Source of the DNA: an uncultured Gemmatimonadales bacterium
GTDB lineage: Bacteria; Gemmatimonadota; Gemmatimonadetes; Longimicrobiales; RSA9
Direction: 5' to 3'
NCBI GenBank assembly: GCA_963783305.1
Contig: CAWAMW010000002.1
Span: forward strand, 224,001 to 288,000
Length of the DNA stretch: 64,000 nt
The position numbers were made by a program, and so were the translations under genes. Positions 40,004 through 49,302 of the stretch are shown here, one piece after another (position 1 is the stretch's first letter; each line of letters begins with the position of its first letter). The notes under the pieces were generated by a model. That model saw only the letters and a program-made list of their open reading frames with translations, did not search any database and was not told where the DNA came from.

Positions 40004-40867
40004 CTACAGGCTGGCGCCCGTGAGCGCGCGGTAGCTCTTGAGGTGGCGGAGCGCCGACATCCGATCGCCACGCTGCTCGTACAGGCGAGAGAGGTTGTAG
40101 TGTGCATCGGCGAACCCCGCATCCGCCGCGAGCGCGGCCGTGTAGGCGTCCTGGGCGGCGCGGCAACGACCCAGGTCCTCCAGCGCGAGCCCCAGGTTGA
40201 ACGCCGCCGTGGGGGCGTCGCCACCGGCAGCCGCGAGCGCCCGCCGGTAGTGGACCACCGCCGCCTCCAGCTCGCCGTCCTCCTGGAGCAGGCGCCCCAG
40301 GTTGATGAGCGCGTCCACGTGCAGGGGGTCCAGCTCCAGTACCTTCCCGTACGCGGCCCGCGCCTGCGTGGGGGCATGGCCCTCGAGCTCGATCCCGCGA
40401 TCGAGCCAGTCTCCGGGTGATTCGTTCGACCGCTCCGCGTCGGCGACCGCCGCCCGGTCGAGCGGCTCCACCTGCGCCGCCAGCTCGGCCACGTCGAAGA
40501 CCATTCGGAGCTGCTCGGACCCCGCCTGCCAAGCACGTCCCTCGTCGTGGACCACTACGTTCTCGCCCTCTGCGGCGATGCGGACCTCGGTCAGGCTGCG
40601 GTCGTCGGGGAGCTGACCCTTCAGGCGCCGAAGCGCGCGAAGGATCCGGCGCTGGGGGACCTCCGCATCCAGAAGCTCCTTGGCCGTACGGAGCAGGACG
40701 AGGTCCTGGAACGAGAAGTAATATCGGTTGTTCGGACCTCTCTCGGGGTCGAGGACCCCGGACCGGCCGTATTGCCGGCTGTAGCGGGGAGCGAGCCCGA
40801 TCAGGCTCTCCACGTCACCGGTCGTGTACCCTTTCATGCGGTGCTTCCCGGCACGGGCGCGGCTCAA
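40004..40867 (-). CDS. MerR-like HTH plus TPR protein
   Basis: YTTGDV..YYFSFQDLVLLRTAKEL (MerR-like); TPRs ALINLGRLL, AFNLGLALEDLG, AHYNLSRLYE; overlaps Ku stop (alternative ATG 40837). Confidence 0.8.
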   Translation of the reverse strand: MSRARAGKHRMKGYTTGDVESLIGLAPRYSRQYGRSGVLDPERGPNNRYYFSFQDLVLLRTAKELLDAEVPQRRILRALRRLKGQLPDDRSLTEVRIAAEGENVVVHDEGRAWQAGSEQLRMVFDVAELAAQVEPLDRAAVADAERSNESPGDWLDRGIELEGHAPTQARAAYGKVLELDPLHVDALINLGRLLQEDGELEAAVVHYRRALAAAGGDAPTAAFNLGLALEDLGRCRAAQDAYTAALAADAGFADAHYNLSRLYEQRGDRMSALRHLKSYRALTGASL

Positions 40868-41721
40868 CCCGACGCGCCGCCCGCCCTCTTCTTCGGCTTC
40901 TTCTGCGACGACGCGCCCGAGCGCTTCGCCGGCTTCCGCTCTGCCCCACTACCCTCGTTCAGACTCGCCTTGAGCGCCTCCATCAGATCGATGATCTGCG
41001 TTTGCGGCTCCTCCGCCGCGCTCACCGTGATATCCTCACCCTCGACCTTCTTCTGGATCAGCTCCAGCACCCGGTCCCGCACCTCGTCCGTGTACTTCTC
41101 CGGCGCGAAATCCTTCGACGCGATCTGGCCGATCAGCTGCTTCGCCAGCTCCAGCTCCTGCTCCTTCACCTCCGCGTCGCCCATGGGGACCTCCTCGAAC
41201 GGCCGGATCTCATCCGCGTAGCGCAGCTGCTCCATGATCACGCCGTCCTCCTTCGGCGTCAGCAGAACCAGGTACTGCTTCCCCCGCGCCGCATACCGCC
41301 CGAGCGCCGACAGCCCCGTCTCCCGCATCGCCCGCGAAAGCAGCCGGTACGCCCGGTCGCCTCCCTTGTCGGGACCGAGGTAGTATACCTTGTCGATATA
41401 CTCACGGCCCACCTTATCGCGCGGCACGAACTCCTCGATCTCGATGGAGTTGTCGCTCTTCGCCTCCAGCGTTTTCAGCTCCTCGGCGGTGAACGTGACA
41501 TAGCGGTCCTTGGCGAACTCGTACCCCTTCACGAGCGACGACCGCTCCACCACCTCACCGTCCGACGCCCGGATGTACTGGTACTTCACGCGCGACCCGC
41601 TCTCCGGGTCGATCATGTTGAACGATACGCCCGACGAACTGTCCGCCGCCGTGTAGAGCTTGCACGGGACGGTTACCAGCCCGAAGGAGATGGTGGCGTT
41701 GCCGATCGATCGTGGAGTCAT
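40864..41721 (-). CDS. ku: Non-homologous end-joining protein Ku
   Basis: ISFGLVTVPCKLY, LVKGYE, YYLGPD, IIDLMEALKASL, basic tail. Confidence 0.95.
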   Translation of the reverse strand: MTPRSIGNATISFGLVTVPCKLYTAADSSSGVSFNMIDPESGSRVKYQYIRASDGEVVERSSLVKGYEFAKDRYVTFTAEELKTLEAKSDNSIEIEEFVPRDKVGREYIDKVYYLGPDKGGDRAYRLLSRAMRETGLSALGRYAARGKQYLVLLTPKEDGVIMEQLRYADEIRPFEEVPMGDAEVKEQELELAKQLIGQIASKDFAPEKYTDEVRDRVLELIQKKVEGEDITVSAAEEPQTQIIDLMEALKASLNEGSGAERKPAKRSGASSQKKPKKRAGGASG

Positions 41722-41911
41722 AATCTGGGAATATTCCCGGGACAGCCACCGGAGGTCAATGGTCGCATCGCCCGAACGAGATCACACGTCGGTGGTGCGC
41801 ATGCATCCGCTGTACTCGGATTTAGCGCCGAGTGACTCCCGTTCGGCGGACCCATGAGCGGGAGTTGACGGCACAGTTGCGCACCCCTGTCTTCCGCCGC
41901 AACAATCCCCC

Positions 41912-44560
41912 ATGTCCCGACCGCGCACCGACCTCTCCGACTACCACCGCAAACGCTCCTTCGACCGCACCCCCGAGCCGGGCGGCGGCGGAGTGGGCCG
42001 CAGCGAGGCGGTCGGCGGAACCTCGGGATCCGATGGTCTCTTCGTCGTCCAGAAGCACGCGGCCACGCGCACCCATTACGACCTTCGCCTCGAGCTCGAC
42101 GGCGTGCTGAAGTCCTGGGCCGTGCCGAAGACGCCGTCGTACGATCAGGCGGACAAGAGGGTGGCGATCATGGTGGAGGACCACCCGGTGGAGTACGCGC
42201 GCTTCGAGGGTGTGATCCCATCCGGCAACTACGGTGCGGGCCCGGTGATCGTATGGGACCGGGGCCTCTGGATCCCGCTGGAGGATCCCCACGAGGGATT
42301 CGAGAAAGGCAAGCTCCTGTTCGAGCTGCGCGGCTACAAGCTGCGCGGACGCTGGACGCTGGTGAAGATCCGGGACCGGGACAGCGACGCGGATAATACG
42401 TGGCTTTTGATCAAGGAGCGGGACCCGCTGGAAGGGCCGGGTCGCGACATCCCCAATGGCTCCATCCTGTCCGGCCTGACCGTGGAGCAGCTGGGGGAGG
42501 GTTACGACCCCGCGGACGACGTGCGCGCCGCCCTCGCCGCGCTCGAGGATGGAGCGATCGAGATCCCCACGTGGATCGGCGACCCGGCCTCGCTCCGACC
42601 CATGCTCGCCGAACCCCGGAAGCGGGCGTTCGACCGCGACGGCTGGGTCTTCGAGCTCAAGTACGATGGCTACAGGATCATCGCGACGGTGCGAGAGGGC
42701 GCTGCGGCGCTGTTCACGCGGAACGGAAACGACATCACGACCTCGTTTCCCGACGTGGTTGCAGCCCTCGAAGCCCTGCCGTTCAGCGATTTCGTGGGGG
42801 ACGGTGAGGTGGTGGTGCATGATGATCAGGGGCTGCCGAACTTTCAGCGGCTCCAGAAGCGCGCGCGGCTGAGCCGCCCCCTCGACATCCACCACGCGAC
42901 CACTACTCTGCCGGCCACCCTCTACCTCTTCGATCTGCTCGCGTTCGAAGACCACGACCTCCGGCCGCTCCACCTCCTCCACCGGAAGGACCTCCTCCGA
43001 CGCATCGTCCCGCCGGCCGGCGCGCTCCGCTACTCCGAACACGTACCGGACCGCGGCGCCGAACTCTACCAGCGCGTCGTCGCCATGGGGCTCGAGGGGG
43101 TCGTGGCGAAGAGGGCCGACTCGCCCTACCGCGCCGGCCGCTCCAGCGACTGGCTCAAGGTCCGGGCGGATCTCGTGGACGATTTCGTGGTGGTCGGCTG
43201 GACCGATCCCGCCGGCGGCCGCACGGGCTTCGGCGCGCTGCACCTGGCCGCATACCACCATGGCACCCTCACCTACGCCGGGCGCGCCGGCAGCGGCTTC
43301 AGCGATGATCAGCTGGCCGCAACCCACACGGTCCTGCTCCAGGCGGAGACGACGGAGGCGGCCGCCACCGGCTCCCCCACCGGCCGCGGCCACCACTGGG
43401 TTGACCCCATACGGGCAGGGCTGGTAGCGGAGGTCCGCTACAAGGAATGGACGGAGGAAGGCAACCTGCGCCAGCCCGTGTTCCTCCGGTTCCGGGACGA
43501 CAAGACGCTCGCCGAGTGCGTGAAGCGGGCTCCCGCCGACGATCTTCCGCTTCCAGCCAGGGGGCCGGGAGGGGCCGAGCACGGTCCCGCCCAGGGCGCC
43601 GCGCCCGCCGGTGAGGCCGCTCCCGCGGCCGGCCGAGTACGGCGCGAGGTACGCATCACCAACCCGACCAAGGTCTTCTGGCCCGATTCGGGATACACCA
43701 AGGGCGACCTGGTGGAGTACTACGACGCCATCGCCGACTGGCTCCTGCCGTACCTCCGCGACCGGCCGCTGGTACTCACGCGATTCCCGGACGGCATCCA
43801 CGGCAAGTCATTCTACCAGAAGGATATGCCGGAATGGGCACCCGACTGGATCCGCACCGAGACCGTGTGGAGTGACGGTTCGGAGCGGGAGCTGCGCTAC
43901 GTCATCTGCGACAACGTGGAGACGCTTCTGTGGGTGGCCAATTCCGCGTCGATCCCCCTCCACGTGTGGCACAGCCACATTGGCTCGCTGGAGACCCCCG
44001 ACTGGTGCGTGCTCGACCTGGATCCCAAGGATGCACCGTTCGACGACGTGATCCAGGTGGCGCGGGCGCTGCACGAGCTCTGCGAGGACATCACGCTCCC
44101 GCACTACGTAAAGACGAGCGGGTCCTCCGGCCTCCACGTGCTCATCCCCCTCGGCCGAGCGTTCACCCACGAGCAGAGCCGGACGCTGGGGCACCTCCTC
44201 TCGCAGGTGGTGGTGGCCGAGCGGCCGGATATCGCTACGGTGGAGCGCGTCATCGATCGCCGGGGCGGCCGCGTCTACCTGGACTACCTCCAGAACGGTC
44301 ACGGAAAGCTGATCGCCGCGCCCTTCAGCGCCCGCCCCAGGCCCGGCGCGCCGGTATCGGCGCCGCTCCACTGGGACGAGGTCCGCCACGGGCTCACGAT
44401 CCTCGATTTCACCATCAGCAGCGCGCCGGCGCGGATGCAGGATCTGGGAGAGGACCCCATGCGCCCGGCACTCCATGAGAAGCCCGACCTGCCGGCGTCG
44501 CTCCGCCGGCTCCAGGACCGTCTGTCGAGTGCCCCCCGCAAGCCGGAGCCGAGCTCATGA
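41912..44560 (+). CDS. ligD: DNA ligase D (phosphoesterase-ligase-polymerase)
   Basis: QKHAATRTHYDLRLE (PE), ELKYDGYR and EGVVAK (ligase), RFPDG, DLDP, KTSGSSGLH (polymerase). Confidence 0.96.
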   Translation: MSRPRTDLSDYHRKRSFDRTPEPGGGGVGRSEAVGGTSGSDGLFVVQKHAATRTHYDLRLELDGVLKSWAVPKTPSYDQADKRVAIMVEDHPVEYARFEGVIPSGNYGAGPVIVWDRGLWIPLEDPHEGFEKGKLLFELRGYKLRGRWTLVKIRDRDSDADNTWLLIKERDPLEGPGRDIPNGSILSGLTVEQLGEGYDPADDVRAALAALEDGAIEIPTWIGDPASLRPMLAEPRKRAFDRDGWVFELKYDGYRIIATVREGAAALFTRNGNDITTSFPDVVAALEALPFSDFVGDGEVVVHDDQGLPNFQRLQKRARLSRPLDIHHATTTLPATLYLFDLLAFEDHDLRPLHLLHRKDLLRRIVPPAGALRYSEHVPDRGAELYQRVVAMGLEGVVAKRADSPYRAGRSSDWLKVRADLVDDFVVVGWTDPAGGRTGFGALHLAAYHHGTLTYAGRAGSGFSDDQLAATHTVLLQAETTEAAATGSPTGRGHHWVDPIRAGLVAEVRYKEWTEEGNLRQPVFLRFRDDKTLAECVKRAPADDLPLPARGPGGAEHGPAQGAAPAGEAAPAAGRVRREVRITNPTKVFWPDSGYTKGDLVEYYDAIADWLLPYLRDRPLVLTRFPDGIHGKSFYQKDMPEWAPDWIRTETVWSDGSERELRYVICDNVETLLWVANSASIPLHVWHSHIGSLETPDWCVLDLDPKDAPFDDVIQVARALHELCEDITLPHYVKTSGSSGLHVLIPLGRAFTHEQSRTLGHLLSQVVVAERPDIATVERVIDRRGGRVYLDYLQNGHGKLIAAPFSARPRPGAPVSAPLHWDEVRHGLTILDFTISSAPARMQDLGEDPMRPALHEKPDLPASLRRLQDRLSSAPRKPEPSS

Positions 44561-45261
44561 CCGACCGCACGCGCGAGATCGCCATCGAAGTGCCCGAGTC
44601 AGGCCGGGTGAGTGGGCTGCTCCGGCGGGCTCCAGCCACGAGAGCGGTCCTGGTGCTGGGCCATGGCGCTGGGGCCGGGATGCGCCACGCCTTCATGGAA
44701 GCCGTGGCCGACCTGCTCGCCGATCGTGGCATCGCAACGCTCCGCTACCAGTTCCCGTACATGGAGGCCGGCGGGCGGCGGCCCGACCGCGCGCCCGTGG
44801 CCCACGCCACCGTGCAGGCCGCCGTCGCCGCCGGCGTCCGCCTGGCCGCGGAGCTCTCCGGGGCGGGTGCCCCCCTTCCCGTCCTCGCCGGCGGGAAGTC
44901 GTTCGGAGGCCGGATGACATCCGGGGCCGCCGCGGAGTCGCCGCTCACGGGTGTGCAGGGCCTCGTCTTCCTCGGGTTCCCCCTCCACCCCGCCGGCCGC
45001 CCCGGCACCGACCGCGCCGGCCACCTCGCCGCCGTGGGTGTACCCATGTTCTTCGTGCAGGGCACCCGCGACCGCCTGGCCGATCTGGACCTGCTCAGAC
45101 CGGTGCTCGCGGACCTGGGCCCCCGCGCCACCCTGCACGTGGTAGAGGGTGCGGATCACTCGTTCCACGTCCTGAAACGCTCGGGCCGCACCGATGCCGG
45201 GGCGCTGCTCGAGCTCGCAGACGCCGTGGAGCGGTGGAGCAGGGGTGTGGGTCGGTCCTGA
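44557..45261 (+). CDS. Alpha/beta hydrolase (KANL3/Tex30-like)
   Basis: GHGAGAGM, GGKSFGGR, GFPLHP, QGTRD, ADHSF; ATGA overlap with ligD. Confidence 0.85.
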   Translation: MTDRTREIAIEVPESGRVSGLLRRAPATRAVLVLGHGAGAGMRHAFMEAVADLLADRGIATLRYQFPYMEAGGRRPDRAPVAHATVQAAVAAGVRLAAELSGAGAPLPVLAGGKSFGGRMTSGAAAESPLTGVQGLVFLGFPLHPAGRPGTDRAGHLAAVGVPMFFVQGTRDRLADLDLLRPVLADLGPRATLHVVEGADHSFHVLKRSGRTDAGALLELADAVERWSRGVGRS

Positions 45262-45270
45262 GCCCCGCCG

Positions 45271-45963
45271 TCACACCTGGAGAAAACGCGCGGCCAGTCG
45301 CGGCCCGGTGCCCTCGTCCTCGTGCTTGAAGAAAACATAGGCCTCCCGCCACTTCTGGCTCCCCACGCGCTCCGCCCACGCCTCCACTTCTCCCACGTCG
45401 TAGTGGACCTTCCGCAGCCGCAGGTAACCCCAGTCGGCGGTGGCGACCAGCGGCGTCTCCTCGTCCTCCGTCTGCGCGATGACCAGCGCGGCGCAGTGTT
45501 CGGAGAGGGTGGCGTACACGGCGTCGTCGAGCCAGGAGCCGTGCCGGAACTCGACCGCGACTCGCATCCCGTCGGGGGTGCCGGCGAGGAAGTCGCGGAG
45601 TCGCGGGATGTCCTTCTTGAGGTTGGGGGGCAGCTGGAGCAGGATCGGACCGAGGCGCGCGCCGAGGGTGGTTGCCTGGGACCAGAAGTGCTCCAGCGGC
45701 TCGAGGGCCTCGAGCTTCAGCCGCTTGAAGTGCGTGATCTGCCGGTTGGCCTTCAGCACGAACCGGAAGGATTCCGGCACCTCTCCGCACCACTGCTCGA
45801 GGACGCCGGCCGACGGCATGCGGTACCACGTGCTGTTGATCTCGACGGCATCGAAGCGACCGGCGTAGAAGCCGAGCATGGCATCCTTCGAGATATCGTC
45901 GGGGTAGAAGCTGCCCTTCCACTCCTTGTAGGAGAAGCCGCTGGTGCCCGCCCGGACGATCAC
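45271..45963 (-). CDS. DUF72 family protein
   Basis: GTSGFSYKEWKGSFYP, VEINSTWYR, LLQLPPN, EFRHGSW, YLRLR; GTG start. Confidence 0.9.
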   Translation of the reverse strand: MIVRAGTSGFSYKEWKGSFYPDDISKDAMLGFYAGRFDAVEINSTWYRMPSAGVLEQWCGEVPESFRFVLKANRQITHFKRLKLEALEPLEHFWSQATTLGARLGPILLQLPPNLKKDIPRLRDFLAGTPDGMRVAVEFRHGSWLDDAVYATLSEHCAALVIAQTEDEETPLVATADWGYLRLRKVHYDVGEVEAWAERVGSQKWREAYVFFKHEDEGTGPRLAARFLQV

Positions 45964-45998
45964 AGGGGGCCGCCGCTGTCCCGCTCGTGCGATAGCAC

Positions 45999-47672
45999 CT
46001 AGTAAAACCGGTATCCGGGTGAGACCAGATCCGGTGGCAGGTGAGTGATGAAGAACGGGCCGTACGCCATGAGGATCAGGACGATCGCCACGATGACCCA
46101 GAACCACATGTGGTCCAGCCGGAGCTCCCAGCCGCTCCGGGCCGGGGCCGTCAGCGTCTCGGAGATGGGGATGTCCATCGGCTGCGCACCCTTCTTCCCC
46201 ACCAGCGCCGTCATCACGATCACCAGGAAGAACATCACCGCGCCGATCGTCATCAGCGTGCCTCCGATCCCCGTGAGAGCGCCCGCCAGGATCCACTCGC
46301 TCTTCTCCGCCGCGTAGGCCGACTCGGCCCAGAACGTCCGTCGCGGCATCCCCTCCAGGCCGCCGGAGATCATGCCACGGGCGAAGATCAGGACGCCCAC
46401 CGTATAGACCCACGACTGGGCGACGGCGATCCGGCGCCCCCAGAGCCCGCGACCGGTCAGGTACGGGATCAGCCAGTACGCGATCCCCATGAACGTCAGC
46501 GCCACGGCGCTGCCCACCGTCATGTGGAAGTGGCCGGGGATCCACGTGGTATTGTGGATCACCTGGTTCATCGTGTAGCTCGCGTTGATCAGACCGGTGA
46601 TCCCGCCGAACACGAACGTGAACATGGCCAGTACCTGCGCCGCCACCGACGGGTCGCCCCACGGCAGCTTCCGGATCCAGCCGAACAGTCCCGTCCCGCC
46701 CCGATGCCGACCGCCGATCTCCAGCGACGCCACCACGCTGAACGCCGTGGCCAGGCTCGGATAGAACACCCCGAACGTCAGGATGGCGTGGAAGGCCTTC
46801 ATCTTCGTGTCGATCCCGGGGTCCGTATACTGGTGGTGGAACCCGGTGGGAATGGACAGCAGGAGGAACAGGATGAAGACGACCCGGGTCAGCGAATCGC
46901 TGATCATCTTCCCCTCCACCTGCCGCGGGATCAGCGCGTACCAGGATACATACGCCGGCAGGAGCCAGGCATAGACGATGGCGTGCCCGGTCATCCAGAA
47001 GAGGGTCCGGTTGAACAGCGGGTCCACCCGCTCCAGGATGCCCAGCGACCATGGCAGCAGGAACCCGATGAACGACACCGCCACGCCGAACGACGCCAGG
47101 CACCACATGGCGTACGAAGCCACGGAGATGTGCGCGAGCAGCGGGATCCGCTCACCCGGGTGCTCCTTCTTCCAGCCCCGGAGCGTGATGAACATGTTGG
47201 CCGCGGCCACGTACGTGCTCACCACCAACAGGATCAGCCCCAGGTAGTACGTCCAGTGCGCCTGGAGCGGCGCGTAGGACGTGTACAGCACCGACGCCTG
47301 GTTGGACGCCACGGCGTAGATGACCAGGATGTTGGCCACCAGCAACAGCCAGAAGCTGCCGTGGATGAGCCCCCCGTTCAACGGCCGGTTCAGCGCCCGC
47401 GAGGTGAGCAGCGGGAGGAAGCCGTTGCTGAAGGCGAACGTCATGAACAGCACGTTCGCCACGCCGTGCGCTGTCAGCCCCTGGTAGTAGCCTCGGAGGC
47501 CCGGGAAATACGGGAGAATGTTGATCCCGGCGTAGCTCAGCGCCTGCGCGAGCCCATGGGCCACGCCCGCCGCCAGCGCGAAGTAGCCGATGTAGATGGT
47601 CCAGCGCAGCATGCGGCGGTGGCCGGCGGGGAAATCATACCCGGTCGGATCGTAAACGACGGCCGTGCTCAT
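45999..47672 (-). CDS. cbaA: ba3-type (B-family) heme-copper oxidase subunit I
   Basis: YYQGLTAHG, FWMTGHAIVY (His-Tyr), GFHHQY, HNTTWIPGHFH, GMPRR. Confidence 0.92.
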   Translation of the reverse strand: MSTAVVYDPTGYDFPAGHRRMLRWTIYIGYFALAAGVAHGLAQALSYAGINILPYFPGLRGYYQGLTAHGVANVLFMTFAFSNGFLPLLTSRALNRPLNGGLIHGSFWLLLVANILVIYAVASNQASVLYTSYAPLQAHWTYYLGLILLVVSTYVAAANMFITLRGWKKEHPGERIPLLAHISVASYAMWCLASFGVAVSFIGFLLPWSLGILERVDPLFNRTLFWMTGHAIVYAWLLPAYVSWYALIPRQVEGKMISDSLTRVVFILFLLLSIPTGFHHQYTDPGIDTKMKAFHAILTFGVFYPSLATAFSVVASLEIGGRHRGGTGLFGWIRKLPWGDPSVAAQVLAMFTFVFGGITGLINASYTMNQVIHNTTWIPGHFHMTVGSAVALTFMGIAYWLIPYLTGRGLWGRRIAVAQSWVYTVGVLIFARGMISGGLEGMPRRTFWAESAYAAEKSEWILAGALTGIGGTLMTIGAVMFFLVIVMTALVGKKGAQPMDIPISETLTAPARSGWELRLDHMWFWVIVAIVLILMAYGPFFITHLPPDLVSPGYRFY

Positions 47673-48151
47673 CCCGCCACCTCCCCTTCCACGATGACCT
47701 TACCCCACATGTTGTGATGTCCAATCCCGCAGAACTCGTGGCAGATGATCAGGTACTCACCCGCCTCATCGAACGTGTACTCCACCCGCGCCACCTGCCC
47801 CGGCAGGAGCATGACGTTGAGCCGTGTCCCCTCGACGTGGAACCCGTGGATGACATCGGCGGACGTCATCAGAAACGTCACCTCCGCGCCCACCGGAACC
47901 CGCACCTCCCCCGGTGTGAACGACCACGCCTGCCCGAGCATCACCACCTCGTACTTCCCCGGCGCCGTCTCCCGCACGCCCGGGTTGTCGAACGGCGGGA
48001 TGGACCGGACCTGCAGCGGATCGATCCGCGCCACGTCGTCGGGCAGCGAGATCCCCATGGTGTAGGACGTGAGCGCCAGGGTGATCATGAAGACCACCAG
48101 CATGCCCGCCCCCACGTAGAGGAAGGCCTTCTCGTAGGTGTGGACTTTCAT
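47669..48151 (-). CDS. cbaB: ba3-type oxidase subunit II (CuA)
   Basis: Single TM; DVIHGF, CHEFCGIGHHNM. Confidence 0.92.
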   Translation of the reverse strand: MKVHTYEKAFLYVGAGMLVVFMITLALTSYTMGISLPDDVARIDPLQVRSIPPFDNPGVRETAPGKYEVVMLGQAWSFTPGEVRVPVGAEVTFLMTSADVIHGFHVEGTRLNVMLLPGQVARVEYTFDEAGEYLIICHEFCGIGHHNMWGKVIVEGEVAG

Positions 48152-48155
48152 CGGC

Positions 48156-48323
48156 TCACCGGTTCAGCAGGGTGAAGTACATGATCCCCCACATGCCGGC
48201 GAGCGCCATGAGGAAGACGATCATGATGAACAGGGTGCCCGTGGTGGTGGGCTCCTCGTCCGGTGGCAGCTCGGAGGGGTCGAACTCGGCGTCGTGAGGG
48301 GGGCGCTCGGCGTCACCCTTCAT
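48156..48323 (-). CDS. ba3-type oxidase subunit IIa (55 aa, absent from ORF track)
   Basis: MKGDAERPP..EPTTTGTLFIMIVFLMALAGMWGIMYFTLLNR matches the CoxIIa pattern G.L...W...Y....R; SD AGGAG. Confidence 0.8.
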   Translation of the reverse strand: MKGDAERPPHDAEFDPSELPPDEEPTTTGTLFIMIVFLMALAGMWGIMYFTLLNR

Positions 48324-48359
48324 GGGGGGTCTCCTGGTTGTATTGGCTGGTGCGCGGCG

Positions 48360-48596
48360 TCAGCGGACGTCGATACGGCGGATGGCTCGGGACAGCATGC
48401 CGAGTAACAGCAGGAAGATCAAGAGGATTGCGAGCGTGCCCAGCAGGCGTGGGGTTTCGAAGCGCCCTGCCAGGAGCTCGTTGATCGTGGTCCACAGGTA
48501 GTACACCATGGGGGCACCCACCACCACGAACGACGCAATGAAGCCGATGAGCGCTCCGGTCCGGAGTCCCGGTTCCTGCGTATCCACCTCAGCCAT
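48360..48596 (-). CDS. Small 2-TM membrane protein
   Basis: Two hydrophobic helices around YLWTTINELLAG; SD GGGAG. Confidence 0.7.
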   Translation of the reverse strand: MAEVDTQEPGLRTGALIGFIASFVVVGAPMVYYLWTTINELLAGRFETPRLLGTLAILLIFLLLLGMLSRAIRRIDVR

Positions 48597-48647
48597 GCTG
48601 GCTCCCGGTCTGGGGGAATGGAAAACCGGTTCGACCATGGGTCAGGT

Positions 48648-49052
48648 TCAGGTCAACTCAGCTTCGGCCCTCCGGCCGGTCACCGCAACCCACTGCTCGC
48701 CGTCCAGGCGCAGCATGGTCCACACATTGATGGTGTCGCACGCGGGGCAGTGGGCGTGGGTGTCATCGATGATTTCGAGCTCCTGCACGCGCTCGCACGC
48801 TTCGCACACCGCCCGCACCGTCTCCAGCCGCTCCGGAGCCATACCGCTCCGGGCGAGACGCACGCCCATGACCACGCGGGGGAGCGCCGAGACCGCGCAC
48901 CGCTCTCCCGTGCACTGCGGTCCGAAGTCCAGGCAGACCATGTCCCCACCGTCCGGCAGCGTGGCGTGCCCACTGCCGTGCAGCGGCTGCGGCGTGACGG
49001 TGACCGTGACGTCGTGGTTGCACTTCGGACAGAACACCTTGCGCGATTCCAT
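48648..49052 (-). CDS. Cys-rich putative metal-binding protein (long paralog)
   Basis: SD GAGGAGG; CPKC..MVCLDFGPQCTGERC plus CEAC..CPAC. Confidence 0.75.
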   Translation of the reverse strand: MESRKVFCPKCNHDVTVTVTPQPLHGSGHATLPDGGDMVCLDFGPQCTGERCAVSALPRVVMGVRLARSGMAPERLETVRAVCEACERVQELEIIDDTHAHCPACDTINVWTMLRLDGEQWVAVTGRRAEAELT

Positions 49053-49062
49053 GGCTTCCTCC

Positions 49063-49284
49063 TCAGGACTGGGTCCGGAGCCCGCTCTGGTCGAGGTTCT
49101 CCTCCATCTGCTTTGGCGGCACGCCGAACAGCGGGCAGAGCGCGCCCGTGCAGGTATCGCCATGAGCCAGGCAGACCATGGCCTCCCCGGGGATCGGCTC
49201 CCCCGGCTGGGGCTCATAGCCGGGCTTCAGGGTGACCTTGACCTCCCGATCGCAGGCCGAGCAGTAAGCGAGGTGCGTCTCCAT
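49063..49284 (-). CDS. Cys-rich putative metal-binding protein (short paralog)
   Basis: SD AGGAGG; CSAC..MVCLAHGDTCTGALC. Confidence 0.75.
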   Translation of the reverse strand: METHLAYCSACDREVKVTLKPGYEPQPGEPIPGEAMVCLAHGDTCTGALCPLFGVPPKQMEENLDQSGLRTQS

Positions 49285-49302
49285 GATGCCTCCTGGTCTG
49301 GT

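Noticed and set aside
35655..41890. Sigma54-like GGC...TTGC words near 35660, 38652 and 41870
   Set aside because: GG-to-GC spacing is 9 nt rather than the required 10
45271..47106. 611-aa ORF suggesting a long DUF72 fusion
   Set aside because: The N-terminal part is an alternate frame of cbaA; the real domain starts at GTG 45963
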